Source: Magallana gigas | Lineage: Eukaryota | Assembly: GCF_963853765.1 (NCBI RefSeq) | Contig: NC_088857.1 | Location: forward strand, 48,670,001-48,734,000 | Direction: 5' to 3' | DNA: 64,000 nt | Part shown: positions 23,801 through 36,510 of the stretch, piece after piece | How the letters are laid out: every line of letters begins with the position of its first letter | How positions within the stretch are numbered: the stretch's first letter is position 1 | Notes under the pieces: generated by a model | The model's input: only the letters and a program-made list of their open reading frames with translations | Databases searched by the model: none | What the model was told of the DNA's origin: nothing | Made by a program: the position numbers and the translations under genes

Positions 23801-26592
23801 TACGATTTGATTGAAAGAAAAAAATAATTACAAAGCTCATTTTCTTCATTTTTGTATCTTATAGAAATAAGTTTTCCCGAATAATCACAGTACAATGGAA
23901 AAAGTGAAAATACTAAAGTTTAATTAAAATATTTTTTTCCTTTTCTTTTCTTTTTTCTTTTTTTTTTGGGGGGGGGGGGGATTCACATACGTATAAAAAT
24001 TAAACGCGTCATTCTTTAAATTTGACACAGGTTAGCTGTTGTGCTACGTCTGACTTGCTCAGCGACCGTTTGAACTACCCGTATTATCTAGGCTTGGCGA
24101 CTCCATTGAACTACACAACTCGAGTCATGCTCCAAATGGTGAACAAACTGGGCTCCAACAACATCCAAGTACTGTTTAGTGATGGGAAGTATGGCGAATC
24201 TGCGGTGAAACTGATTTTGAGCTTGGCTCCTAGTTTCAATATCTGTGTTGCGCAGACTGTTCGAGTTTATGGGAGTGATGTTAGTAATGATATAAGCAGT
24301 GTAGTGGCAAGTCTACACAGATTCCCTGGCGCCCGGCAAGTACTCGTTTACATTGCTTCACCACTGATGCCAAAAGTCGCAAGAGCGATCAACAGTATAA
24401 ATGAACATCGTCGATTTCTATTCATCGGGGAAAATTGTTTTTACCACAGAGACTATATGTTGAAATATCCGAATCTGCACGGATCCCTTATCGTCGCAGA
24501 ACAACCTATTCCCCAAAGTGACGAGTATAAAACATATCTTAGAAAGTTCGATCCGGCGTCTGTAGAATTGCCTACAAGTCTGCTTTATTTCATGCAAGAA
24601 AACTTGAACTGTTACTACGAATTTAGCTTTAGAAAAGAATTCCCCCAAAAATGTAACCGTGAATTACTACGTAAATTTCCTGAACATTTAGACAAGTGGA
24701 CACCATATTTGATAAAGTCAATAACAGCGTTGATTAAGGGTGCTTACCAAGCCTTAAAGAGTATGTGCAAAGATGAAACTATTTGTTCGGAGTATAGGAA
24801 TTCTCCTGAACACGTGGTAGAATTCGTGAGAAATGTGACTTTGGACATCGATGGCGATGACCGGGATGATCAGTTGTTTGACTCGAACGGAAATGGCGTC
24901 CTTGGGCTCAAAATATACATCATAGAAGAAAAAGACTTTGTTGAGGCATGTTGCTTGAAAAATATAATAAATGATAAAGGAGGATCACATGATACCATCA
25001 GACAAAGTCCTTATTGTAAAAATCGCAATGCATTTAGCGATTTTCCTCTCAAAACTTTTTTCAAATTGTTTACTTGTTCTAGCAAAAGGATATTTACGTT
25101 ACTCTTAAAAATAAAATAATTATAAAACAATGCAACTGTAGCGCCGTTCGAATCACTGAAGTTGTTCAACTTTTCAGATTGGACATTGGCATCATGGCGA
25201 TGCTGAGCCATATTTCGAAAGAAAAAGAATCCAAGTATATCCTTCTAACTCTTCTTGTGGCGATGTATCAGTGACGTCATCGACGCACAGGTATAATCAT
25301 TCATATCGGTTCGTTACGCTAACATCCTGCAACGTTTTGGTTTTCTTTACTTAATATATATTTTCTCAGTGTAAAGATTCTACATGTTCGAGCATACACT
25401 ATGTGGACAGCAATTTCACGATCAAAATAGTATGACCCTAACGCATTATATAACCCATGACATAACATAATTAATTGTGTATGATGTCGAATTTTTTTTA
25501 TTATTATTCAAAGTGCCCTAAATTCTGGTGTTTGATATAAACCATAGATGTTTACCTGGTTCATTCCATTTTTCTAATTTTAAGTGAGACTGAGGCGGAC
25601 ACATCAGGAATAGTTAAACTCGTCAAAACAGTTCTCTTGTCCGTCTTTGCTGGAGCAATCGTTATCCTTTTGTTGGCGTTCCTCTGCATATGGCGGAGTA
25701 AGTTACTAGTACATCAATACAAGCAACAATATTAAAGTAGCCATAGCGTAGTATCTGATATTGTGATTTAATAAATGGTTGGCATTCAATCATTGAATGT
25801 TACTTTTTTTTTTATTTAGGACAAACATACATAATGTCTTCTATGTCTTCGGATACATCGACGAAATCAGAATACAACTCCATTGACGATTTCAGCATCA
25901 TCAACATGAAGCGAATTAATTCGGAAATTTCACTAAGACTTGGCGATTTCTTTCGTAGCGACTCGCCTTGCGGAACACCCAAGTCCACACGGTCTACTGG
26001 AGATATCAGGGAGAACAGCAACCAAGTGAGGAATGAAAGAGTAAAGAATTCGCCGTCAGTCCCCCCGCGGAGGAATATGCCGGGCCTGCCCACGCACTTG
26101 TCAACTCACATACCTCGACACCCCAGGCTAAGAAGCGAACCTGTGATAAAACTGTCCTTTTCACCGAATACTGCACGACGTCTAAACTCGGAACCATTTC
26201 CCAAAATGCATAGAGGACGCGCCGATTCCATAGGAATGCCATACATCCTAGCGCCAAAATCCAGACGTTTACAATCAGAGCCTAACTTACCTTCGCCAAA
26301 TTTCAACAGACTGTTGTTCAATAATGCAATCAGAAGGGAGAGTGTACAGGACAACGGTTACATCTTCCCAATACACGAACCTCGGGACCAGCAACAGACA
26401 GAAACTATGGAAATAGCTGATAGCGTACAAGAGACAGAAGTAGGTATATTCACACAACAGACAGATATAGCTGATAGAGCACGCCAGATAGAAGAAGATG
26501 ATGCCACACAACAGGGGGGAGAAGCCTGTGGAGGGCCAGTCCATTTTGTGTTGGGGAATCCCAGAGACAAATTGCATGGTTACTCCTGCTAG
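20826..26592 (+). CDS. Class C GPCR (mGluR-like)-derived protein: signal peptide, two Venus-flytrap (ANF-receptor-like) domains, one TM helix, ~257-aa cytoplasmic tail; ~1311 aa, 9 exons
   Basis: Exons 20826-21096, 21498-21620, 21754-21941, 22183-23073, 23243-23791, 24031-24945 (GC donor), 25178-25290, 25585-25697, 25820-26592; total 3936 nt, all phases compatible. VFT1 motifs GDVIIGGLF, GPTFSSES, QVSYSST, FFRTIPSD, LGWTYIG, AYG. VFT2 motifs GDVIVVVTFPIH, LLLDTC, GGFSSSPT, QVSCCATSDLLSD, KYG. TM segment VLLSVFAGAIVILLLAFLCIW. Confidence 0.82.
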
Positions 26593-27883
26593 AACTATCA
26601 CCGTTAGAAAAATATACCATAGTACATGTACTTACATGTATCAGTAAAATATTAATAAGAACATTTGTGTTAGTTAAGAACGTACACGGGTGGTAAAATT
26701 CAAGAAAAAGTTTAGGGAATGTAGTATCCGAGAACTAGAGACCAACCAGAAAGACTTACAGGGTATTGTACATGTACTACTATTTCTTTCGACATGGTTT
26801 GAACTTCCGTTTCTGTGCCTGCATTCTTTCTTTATTAGAAAACTATGAGTATAGCAATAAATGCAGAAAAAATTTACATCTCCTGATTCTCCTTCGCCGC
26901 ATTTGAATTTTTTCTGCAATGCCCGCAACAGATATTTATACCCGTAGGAATCACCCCAAAAAACATTTTATCATTGAAATGAATCACTCTTAACCTTTGA
27001 AAAGAGCATAGGACTTCACAGATTTGAAGACGTGACCATGCAAGTTAAAACCCTGTGATTGCTATTTATTGTACTGTGTAGATGTGACCTATGCAGTTAA
27101 TCAGTACTGTTTTTCTTGATTAATAGGGATAGCCTACTGGTACTTAGTTACTAGTATCAGTCATTTATATATAGTGTAAAATAATATGTTTGTAAAACTA
27201 ATTTAAAATTAAAGTTTCAATAAAGCAATCGAGAAATTCTAGATGCCTTTTTTTTTTGTAAAGGATGAAATGATCTCAGTGAACATTAATACATGTACAA
27301 CATAAACATGATACAAAATTGTACATAGCATTGAACACTTGATTTTTATGTAAATTTATGTGAAAAAATCAAATAATTTTGATGCATTTATAAAATTTTG
27401 GAACATGGCGTTACTGATAATATTTTGTGTGAAAATCCACAGAATTACATGTTGATGGTTCATGTAATGCCCTATACATTGATTCACATTGACAATACTC
27501 AAATAAACAAAGTAAAAAATAAATAGATGTAAATGGTCAACTCTTGCTGTCATGATAGTCACAAATGAGCCATCACACTGAGCAACTTTATCTATGACCA
27601 ATATGGTTGCATAGACTATCATGGTCTTACATGTACAAGAAATATTTCATTTGCTGTAATATTTGAAACAATTTTTTATTCATTATTAAACAATCTTAAA
27701 CAGTTTCCCAAAACAAACAAACAAACAGGTATAATAAAATACAGATATGTGAAAAACAGCCCCTGTCATAAAACCAGTATGTCAATAAATTTCTAAAAAT
27801 CACACCAGCTGCATACGACAGTTGTTCCTTCTTGTAGCATAATCTATAACAGTACCTGAGTATTCATAAGTTTTAACAAGTTT

Positions 27884-30112
27884 TCATTTAAAAGGGTATT
27901 TAGAGTGCCACCATGGAAACACTTTTAGATTAACAACACGGTCTAAGAAAATCACAGTATCACCAACAACGTCCCTGTTTTGATTGGTCGACTCTTTCAT
28001 TGATGTGTCAAAATGAAGGCGGAGACAGTAGAAACGACTTTCCTGGCTGACCTTCAAATAAACATTGCACAATACTAATCCCATCACTGATAAAAAGCTC
28101 TGATAATTTTGACAAGTCACTTGTAATACATAGCAGTCGATTTCATCGTGTCCATACACATCACAGTAACCGTCATACAGATTCACTCGACCCGGTAGAG
28201 CCATCAGCGTTGTCAGTTTGTTAATATGAGAAAGTCGCTCTTTCTTCAACTTAAAGCTAAAGTTCCAGACATTTTTAAAGGGTTCAGTCCATGTAAACAG
28301 ACACCTGTTTCCTTTTAAATGGTAGGGCTCATTTTCAAATGGCAAATTGGTTGTTGTTCTTGAAATAAATAGAGGGTAAGACCAGAAGAGAGCCCGGACC
28401 ACTCTGTATCTAAGTCCTTGGGCTCGCTCCAGGCATTCTATCTGCAGCTCAACAGGCAGGTGCGTATTATTAGCACAAAACCTTTAAAAATATATGTTTA
28501 TCATTTATTAAATAACTTTCCATATTATATATTCAAAAGATTACAAGTTAATCAAACTAACTTATTAAAGGCCAATGCTATAGATCTATAGAATAGTTTT
28601 TTGTTTTTTTAAATACATGTAGGTCCAGTCACATTGACAATTTATCAATCCTATCTCCCTGAATAAACAGGTAGATAAGTAAACAATACTTTTCCTATTA
28701 CCATCTGATATCTACATTTATATATACAGAATACCAAATTAGCGGGTAAACAAACAATGGAAGATAACTTAATTGCTCAAATTTTGTAAGAAAGGAAAAA
28801 AAACAATAAAATATTTCTACCAAATTTTGAATTCCAACCTTTTTTAAGCAGATGAAATTAAAGTGATTGGCTCAACTATATTCCCCATAAATTAATCACT
28901 TTCTGATAGAATATACAAATAAATTATTTTAATTCTGAATACCTTGTATAAAGGTTTTTCCAAAACTGCCTCGTCCTGGTCACTAGATACGAATCTTTAC
29001 ACAAGGTTGCGAAGTTCCTCACAGCCTCAGGGTCAATGTAGGCAGCCAGAGTGAACCAGATGTCAACAGGGTAAACATGTCTCCCTACGTTCTCCTCTTT
29101 TTCTTTGCATTTCTTTCGGGGTCTTAAAGCTTTTGTTTCAGTTTCTATAGAAAAATAAATAACAAGTATGTACAGCATGTTTCACTAAGAGACTTTTATC
29201 CATACAACATTATAATTATCAGCTATACACACTACATTAGGCCCACTCTACATTCATCAATTTTTTATCATATTTGCAAAATACATTTTCTCATTCAACC
29301 AAAATGATAATTTAACCATAAAATTTCCAAAGCATTATTCTTTTGTACAAACATCATGCTTAAATCATATTAAAATCTTACTGGTTGTATCATCTTCATC
29401 CGAGTTCCCCTCACCCACATCATCTAACACATCAAAATCCTCCAAATCTTTCTCAAACCAGCTGAGATCACTATTGTCTGTGTTCATGTCTTTTCTTTGA
29501 TCTGATAAAAGAGAGCATGGTAGGGAATTTTTTGAAAATTCTTCTTTAAATCTGCATGTATTTCAACATCTGTTGTCTTGTCACAAATGATACATGATAA
29601 AAAATATAACTTGATATTTGAAACAATATATCACAAGTATGCCATGATTTAAAAAATAACATTTGAATCTTACATTTAATGTTTGTAGCTATTGATGAAA
29701 TGGCTTTCTTCACTCTAACAGAGCCAGAGGTTTGTGTCTTAGATGAGTCTGCATAATCACACAAAGTCACATCTGAAATAATTAAACAACAAACTCTATT
29801 TTTGTTTTATGCTAAAAGGTGATGGCTTTAAAAATGTATTGCTTAATTTATAATTCTAGATTTCCTTAGTTAATATCGTTATTTCATAAAACATCATCTG
29901 ATGATAAAATCATCAAGGCCTTGATCGAGATCAGTACAGTGTTGTTATTGAATGTTTGCAGTCATGTAGCACTATAACATTTAGTTACATCTACAGACTT
30001 AGCAATATTATAAAAAGTTCAAACCATTCTGTATCCCTGGATCCTTTGATATAACACATTGGTTATTCCTTACTTTGTTTTTTCTGTGTTTATTTCGAAA
30101 TTTTTTTCTCAT
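27884..30112 (-). CDS. TMEM183: Transmembrane protein 183 homologue, ~368 aa, 5 exons
   Basis: Exons 30112-30025, 29772-29674, 29501-29382, 29144-28943, 28481-27884 (1107 nt, in frame). Recognised family motifs VTLCDYADS...RVKKA, YPVDIWFTLAAYIDPE, FWKNLY, LQVTCQNY, WWHSKYPF. Confidence 0.9.
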
Positions 30113-30406
30113 GTTGTGAAACAAATATAAACAGGAAGTGGAAGGGTTATCTGACTTGAATCGAAAAAGATAATATAATATAAATCGGACAAATTTGGAA
30201 ATCTTACTAACTTTGGTTTCGTCGATTTTCATCAATCTATACACTTGTGATATTCTTAGATTTAGTTTTGTCATTTTATATTAATGTTTATTTAGGTTTG
30301 ATTGAAAATTGTGAGATTAATTGTAAAAACGTCGAAATGTGACGTTTTCTGTGTGACGTCATTTGTTAATTTTATGACGTAAACTAGACATATAGATGTA
30401 GTAAAT
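30113..30406. promoter_or_regulatory. Candidate bidirectional promoter with CRE/ATF and ETS-like sites
   Basis: 294 bp between divergent ATGs. Perfect TGACGTCA at 30354-61, TGACGT at 30340-45, TGACGTAA at 30375-82, CAGGAAGT at 30132-39. Confidence 0.5.
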
Positions 30407-33400
30407 ATGGCACATCAAACAATCTTTGAAGATCCTAGCGAAGAATTTGTGGACTGTACTGATGAATTTCTCGATAAAGTCATCGAAGAATGCTTAGCAG
30501 TTCCATCTGATGATCATTTTTCCGACGCAGGTGAGAATATTAGTTCTACGGACGTCAAAGGAAACGATAATGTTAATCTTAATCAAAATGACCAAGCAGA
30601 CAGCCAGTCGTCATTTGTTGGTCCTGCTCTTATTCCGAGAGAAAAGTCGGGACATTACATTCCCCTTTGCTCACACATAGATGACGACAGCTTTGATTTC
30701 GATGAAAATATTTCAGTTATTCGGCGATCGCAAAGTGACGACTTTCTTTCAACAAGCAGATCAGCCAGTAAAGATGACCATCGTGAATTGCAAAGGCCAA
30801 CCCTTAGCGAGAAAAACATCAACGAATTAATTCGTCCTCCTAATAAATCTTTAAACGACACTATGCAGTCAACCTTTTCAAACCCTTCAAGTGGAATGAC
30901 CAATGGTACGGGCAGTTCTGCTAGAAGTAGTTCATGCAATATAGACTTCTTGGCAGAGTTTGAGCGAAGGGTCGATCTTTTGGAATACACTGATTATGCT
31001 TTGGAAGAAGTATTTGTCATGTTAAGAAGTTGCGTGGAAAAACTTTGTGTGAATAACGGTATCGTTTTCGAAAATCAAACAGAAAGCCTTAAAACGTGTG
31101 AAACAGATGGCTCTGCATGTGAAGAAAGCACGACGGAAATCACTGAACACGACAAGGAAGCGGAAGTTTCAGCAAACACGGAAGCAAGCGTTTCTGCAGA
31201 CAAGGAAGCCGACGTTTCTGATACAGAAGGAACCGAGAAAAATCATGGGGGAGATAAAGATAAACTTATGGAAAATGAAACCAAATTAGCAGAAGAAAGT
31301 GATACCCAAGACAATAGGGGATATCTTCAAGATCTTTTGGGGTTGCTAGTGGAACTAGAAAAACGGTTCGAACATTTCACAGCTGAAATTGGAGGTAAAG
31401 TGCAAATAAAAGTTCCATGAAATATATGAAATACAACATGTCGTACTTGAATTTTAAATGTTATTGTGTTATTTTTATTGATAGACCTTGTTCAGCTTGG
31501 AGCTTTGTCTGCCAAACATGCTGCGAGGATTGAACAATACGCCAGGTGTGTTCAAAATACGTATTTGAGTATGAAGGCCGACAATGAGAAAATGCAGGTA
31601 GGATCAAGCGAAAATGTACAAAAGTGTTCAATATGCCGTACAAACCAAATAGTAAATAATAAACAGTCACTATACGCTACATGGTAGATTTACTGTGTGA
31701 ATATTTATAATTGTTCGTTTTAAAATAAAGGTGGTTCCTATTGATCTCTAAGAAATAAAATATACTGAATCCATATTTCAGGACTACCTACAAATCAAGG
31801 AGACCGATTGGGTGCAGACACAAGCTCAACTACATAATGAAATAGTACGTCAAACAGAAGAAATCCAGGCGCTGATGACTGAACTGTCTAAGAGTAACAT
31901 GAAAAACCGGATCCGTAACAACAGTATGTTCTGAAATGTGTTATTAAATTCATATTGGACGCATAAACTAATTTTAAGAATTATTATGGAATTTAATGCA
32001 TATCAAATTATGGAAAAGGTTTCATTGTTGAATAAGCCATTATTTCATCTAAATCTTAGTTTATCAGATCTAAACACTTCACCTCCATATAAGTATGCTG
32101 TAAGAGTATATGACGCAGTTTAGCCAATTATTGTTGAGGAAAATAATACATGTATGTAGAAATCGGTGCACATAACAGAAACACCACACGCCTGGTAACT
32201 GAAAAAGTTTTTGCTTTGGTGATGAGTATCATTATGATCGTCAGTGAAAGAATAAAATGCTTTGCCTCAATTGACAGCTGCTGCTTGATCATCTAATTTT
32301 ATAGTTTCAGTTACGGACATGTTGGTTGGGACCATGGTTCTATATATCCTCCGTGTAAATTGATAGCCGTTCACTGCAAAATGCAAGAACTATGTTTGTT
32401 CAATTTTGGCGAATTCCAGGAATTCATCTACTTATTCGTTTCAGTGCAAGATCGACATCTCAATCTGGTCAGGAAAGACTCGCACTCCACAGAGGATATC
32501 GTCACCCTCATGCTTCATCAGAGATGTTCCATTGAAAAAGCAATGGCGCTCGATTTCAGTCGCCAGTCCAAAGTAAAAATATCTGTCTCTCTTTCGCTTT
32601 CTCTCTCTCTCTCTTACTTAATTTGAAGGATTTATAGATATCTATATACATTTCAGATCAACGAATTGAAATTGCTGGTCCTTCAACAACAGAGCTACAT
32701 TCAAAAGCTGGAACTACAGAATAAAGAGATGGACATGGTTTTACAGGGTCTGCTGTTTCCGGCGGATGAGGTTAGATGTATTCTTGTGAATAATCAGATG
32801 AAAATAAGATTTATTTGGCATTTGGGCATTATCACACATCACAATTGTACAGAGTATTATGAATAATTCTCCTAGAGGGATAAGTAGTATACTGTGTGGA
32901 TTAACAGATTGCAATTTTTTTTTTATTTTGGAATAAAAAAAAAATAAAGACGCCATTTTGAGACTGTTAACTATGAGAGAGCTTGCGACAGATTAATGTA
33001 AACTGTGTAAAGTGTGAGATTTATATCATTTAAGCATTCGTTTAAGTTACAGTATATTTAAGGGATGTCATAACCAAGCTATAATGAATGAAGTAGCAGT
33101 ACTAGTAGTATTCATAAAAGATTACAATAATGCAACAAACGTGCGTGTTACATGTTTATATATTAAAAAATATATGTATCAAACAAAATCAATTCAAATA
33201 TCTGAATATTGATTTATTATTAAGTTCAAAATGAACATTTTTAGCCTAAAGAGCCGCCAAAGGAGTACGAGAACATATGTCCGTTGAGTGATCCCATCAG
33301 TATGGTGTCTGACGTCCTGTGTTGTGACCAAGCCCTCTACGTCATCGATAAATCCACCGACTGCTCTCTGGTGTCCGAGCAAATATTCCAGATAGGTATT

Positions 33401-34581
33401 TGCAAAAAAATCTTAATCAGTGAACGTAAATATATAACCCCAGAAAGTATAAGATTTTAGAAATTAAGCAAAGACTATTGATGGGTTTTTTTTTTCCTGG
33501 AAAGATACACTAATTCTTTGAATGTTCCTCCAAAATGTTTGTATGACTCTTTTGGTTTAAAGTACTATCTTAGGAAACGTATATTAGAAATTATTGTTCA
33601 CTATCTGACAAAATATAGATTATCTGCACATAGACTAGACTAGACTAGCAATTTAATAAGGTCGTTATAACCAAACTGTACGTTCACGTCGCATTTGTTG
33701 ATTTTGTGCTCTTAATAGGATTGGAGACGAATTTCACTTCATCCTAGAATGTCCAAAATACAGTCAATTACGGTGTATTGATAACAAAAAGTATTACTTC
33801 TCAAATTTAAGCCTTCTTGTTTCAAGCTTGGTCAGTTGCTTACAGTTTGAGAAATAAGAAGCAATTAAATAAACTATGTATTTTTCTCAAGAAAGCCACA
33901 GAGTAAAGAAATAATGTTTTAATTAATATGTATATCTTCGACCTAATGTGATTACAAATGTATTATGTATTATTGTATGCATGTTATCTGGGTTATAACA
34001 TTATATACATTTGTGGTAATAAATTATCATGGCAGATGTGTCTGTGTAGTGGCAAATTTGTTTACACAAATTATGCATTTTGTAATACGTGGATTTATAC
34101 AATATTTATAAATGTGGTTTTGAGTGAAAAAAATATAAAAACTATAATATAATATACTATACCATAAAAGTATTTATATTCTTACATACTAAATAAAGTC
34201 TTGTTATTCTAAATGTGTGTCTTCATCCACATAATCTAATTGTTTAGTCTATCTTATACTAACTCCGTAACTACTGCATTTTTTGGTTTAGGAGAATCGT
34301 CTAGGCCAGTGTCCCACTCAGAGGGGGTGTTCGACCCTCAGCGTCTGTCCTACGTACGGAGGGAAATGCGTGAACACGAGGTTCCCGACACACAATCTCC
34401 CATCGCTCGAGATCTCGGCAGCGGCGAGAGTGGAGTAGTTGACAGCATAGCGCAGGAGCAAGAGTGTGCAGTGGAAGATAGTAAGAGGAAAGTCCAAGAG
34501 CCCGACGAGCCGTCTTCGTTTGAGGAAATAAAGAATAGTGTGAAAATTCAGGAGGCCAAGATTACTCCCCTTCAAATTTAG
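30407..34581 (+). CDS. Uncharacterised acidic / coiled-coil protein, ~641 aa, 7 exons
   Basis: Exons 30407-31394, 31485-31597, 31782-31923, 32445-32572, 32657-32770, 33245-33395, 34292-34581 (1926 nt); all GT-AG and phase-compatible. Heptad-like E/Q/L-rich middle section. Family not recognised. Confidence 0.72.
33510..34205 (+). mobile_element. Decayed 3' fragment of a non-LTR retrotransposon; surrounds no exon, lies in intron 6 of the unrecognised gene
   Basis: Broken frames encode LKYYL, LTKYRLSAHRL and IGDEFHFILECP, homologous to the C-terminus of the intact element at 19600-19900 (IGDEFHYLFKC). Followed by an AT-rich 3' UTR-like stretch and AATAAA near 34192. Confidence 0.7.
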
Positions 34582-35398
34582 AGATTCTGTGATCAGTAAC
34601 TAGTTTACATTTCTGATAACTATATCTGTGATAATCAGTACAGTTTCTATTTCATTTCCATATTTTATTATTAAATTTGTTGTATTTATTGTTTATTTAT
34701 TGAACTTTTTATGTCAGTTTTGTTGACAATAAATTGTTATACATCTAAAACATTTAAAACTGTGTTTGTTTGCTTTTTTTATATTTAATTGTGGGATCTC
34801 TGCGAGGAGCTTGTATGAGTGCGAATGGGAAACCCACGAGGTATTGATATTGTGGGTTTTTTTTATTGTAGGGTAATTTTTACTTTTTAAATTAGTTTTA
34901 TATAAAGCCTTTTTTAAGTAAAGTTTGACGAATTTTTTTTCACCGCATTTTGATTTGTTATACTTATTATACTTAATGATTGTTATGGTCAAAATGATAA
35001 AAATTAGGAACAATGTAATACAAACACTTGCTTGAAGCGTTAGAAATTTTAACCAGTATGTTCAAATTACTATAGTATACGCATATATATATTCAGATAT
35101 ATTATATGTTATATATTATTAACAGATGAACTTGTTTGAGTTATCTATAGGGGTATATACTGTTAATCCTGGGTAATTGTATTTGAGTTTTTGTTAATTA
35201 CACGTACTTATATTCAACACCATATTGAAAGTGGAGTATCAATTTGGGATCAACCAAACCTACATTTACTACCAAGCAATTTGACTCTTTGAATTCAGTT
35301 CAAAGAAGCTCCTTCTGGAAAAGATTTGCCAGACACCCTCGAGAAAGCCAAATTTTCCAGCATGGCATGGTCTCATGACCACAAAGGTTTATTTTATA

Positions 35399-35754
35399 TT
35401 ATTATACTTTCATGTTAAATACTAAACTCTGATTGGTTGAGACGCAGTTGATAATCCGTTCTATTACCCTCAGCGTTAGCAACACACTTAGCAACGGGTA
35501 ACATAACGAATTATTACATGCGCGTAAATGATGCGCGTACGGTTCGCAGTAGAATTCAAGTCATTCCTATAGAAAAGCATTTAATTTTTTTTTAAAATTG
35601 ACATTCATTATAATAAAATAAATAGTGCCTGTTTGGGAGGATAACAGTTGAAATTGACACCCCTCGAAAACCATTGTCAACCTCGCTTCGCGTCGGTTGA
35701 CAATGGTTTTCTTGGGGTGTCAATTTCAACTGTTACCCTCCCAAACAGGCACTA
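35399..35754 (+). mobile_element. Non-autonomous element ending in a 132-bp imperfect hairpin (family uncertain, possibly Crypton-related)
   Basis: Inserted at TA in the PREP pseudo-exon. Hairpin 35623-35754 with GCTTCGC apex. A second copy in reverse orientation lies at about 50706-50976. Confidence 0.7.
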
Positions 35755-36324
35755 ATGTGAGTACAATTATGGTTACATCAAGATGTTTCAAATTCTACTA
35801 CAGTTATTGCCGAGATCAGAGATGCCGCGGACATTATACTCCAATATACCACGAACGTCATCAGTAAATTATCAGATCAGAAATACCCATTTGTCTCGCA
35901 CTGAACATGAAAGTACAACTTCAAACCGTAAAAAGTTTTAAAACCATGTCAATTTCACGTATTAGTTCCAGTCAAAACGATGTGTATTGCCTCAAAAGTT
36001 TATTTTTAAGAGATCAATGCAGCTGTTCCTAGGACCTCCCCAGCACATTTTCACTGCGTGTTTTTACATAAATATATAACGTGTAGTAGTAATAATCGTA
36101 TTAAATTGGTCTTAAAATATAAAGAATATAACTCAAAGATATTTTATAAATAAGTGAAGCCTATTAAAAATCCAAAGAAAAATTCTGTCGTCTGCATGTG
36201 ATTCCTTTGATCGATACACATGTAAACATTACTAACAAAACCGTTGGGGTTACACGGAACAGCCGTCAAAATGACCTAGATCGTCTCTCTATAGGAGAAA
36301 CGAACTGTAGAAATACTGGGCTGT

Positions 36325-36510
36325 TAGTAGAATAGAAATAAAGTTCTTGTTTTCGTGAATGTTGCAGGATAACCTCCTCGATCTCCAAATGTTGTTTGAA
36401 ATATAAAAGCCTCGGCTTACGCCTCGGCTTTTATATTTCAAAACAACATTTCCAAACCTCGGAGGTTATTCTGCAACATTCACGATAACTCGTACTTTAT
36501 TTCTTAATTA
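36325..36510. repeat. Long imperfect hairpin element
   Basis: GTGAATGTTGCAGGATAACCTCC...TATAAAAGCC arm mirrored by GGCTTTTATA...GGAGGTTATTCTGCAACATTCAC; apex GGCTTACGCC. Confidence 0.7.

Noticed and set aside
26593-27883. Possible hidden 7TM exons for the receptor
   Set aside because: AT-rich sequence with frequent stops and no hydrophobic exon-sized frames; contains plausible polyA signals for both convergent genes.
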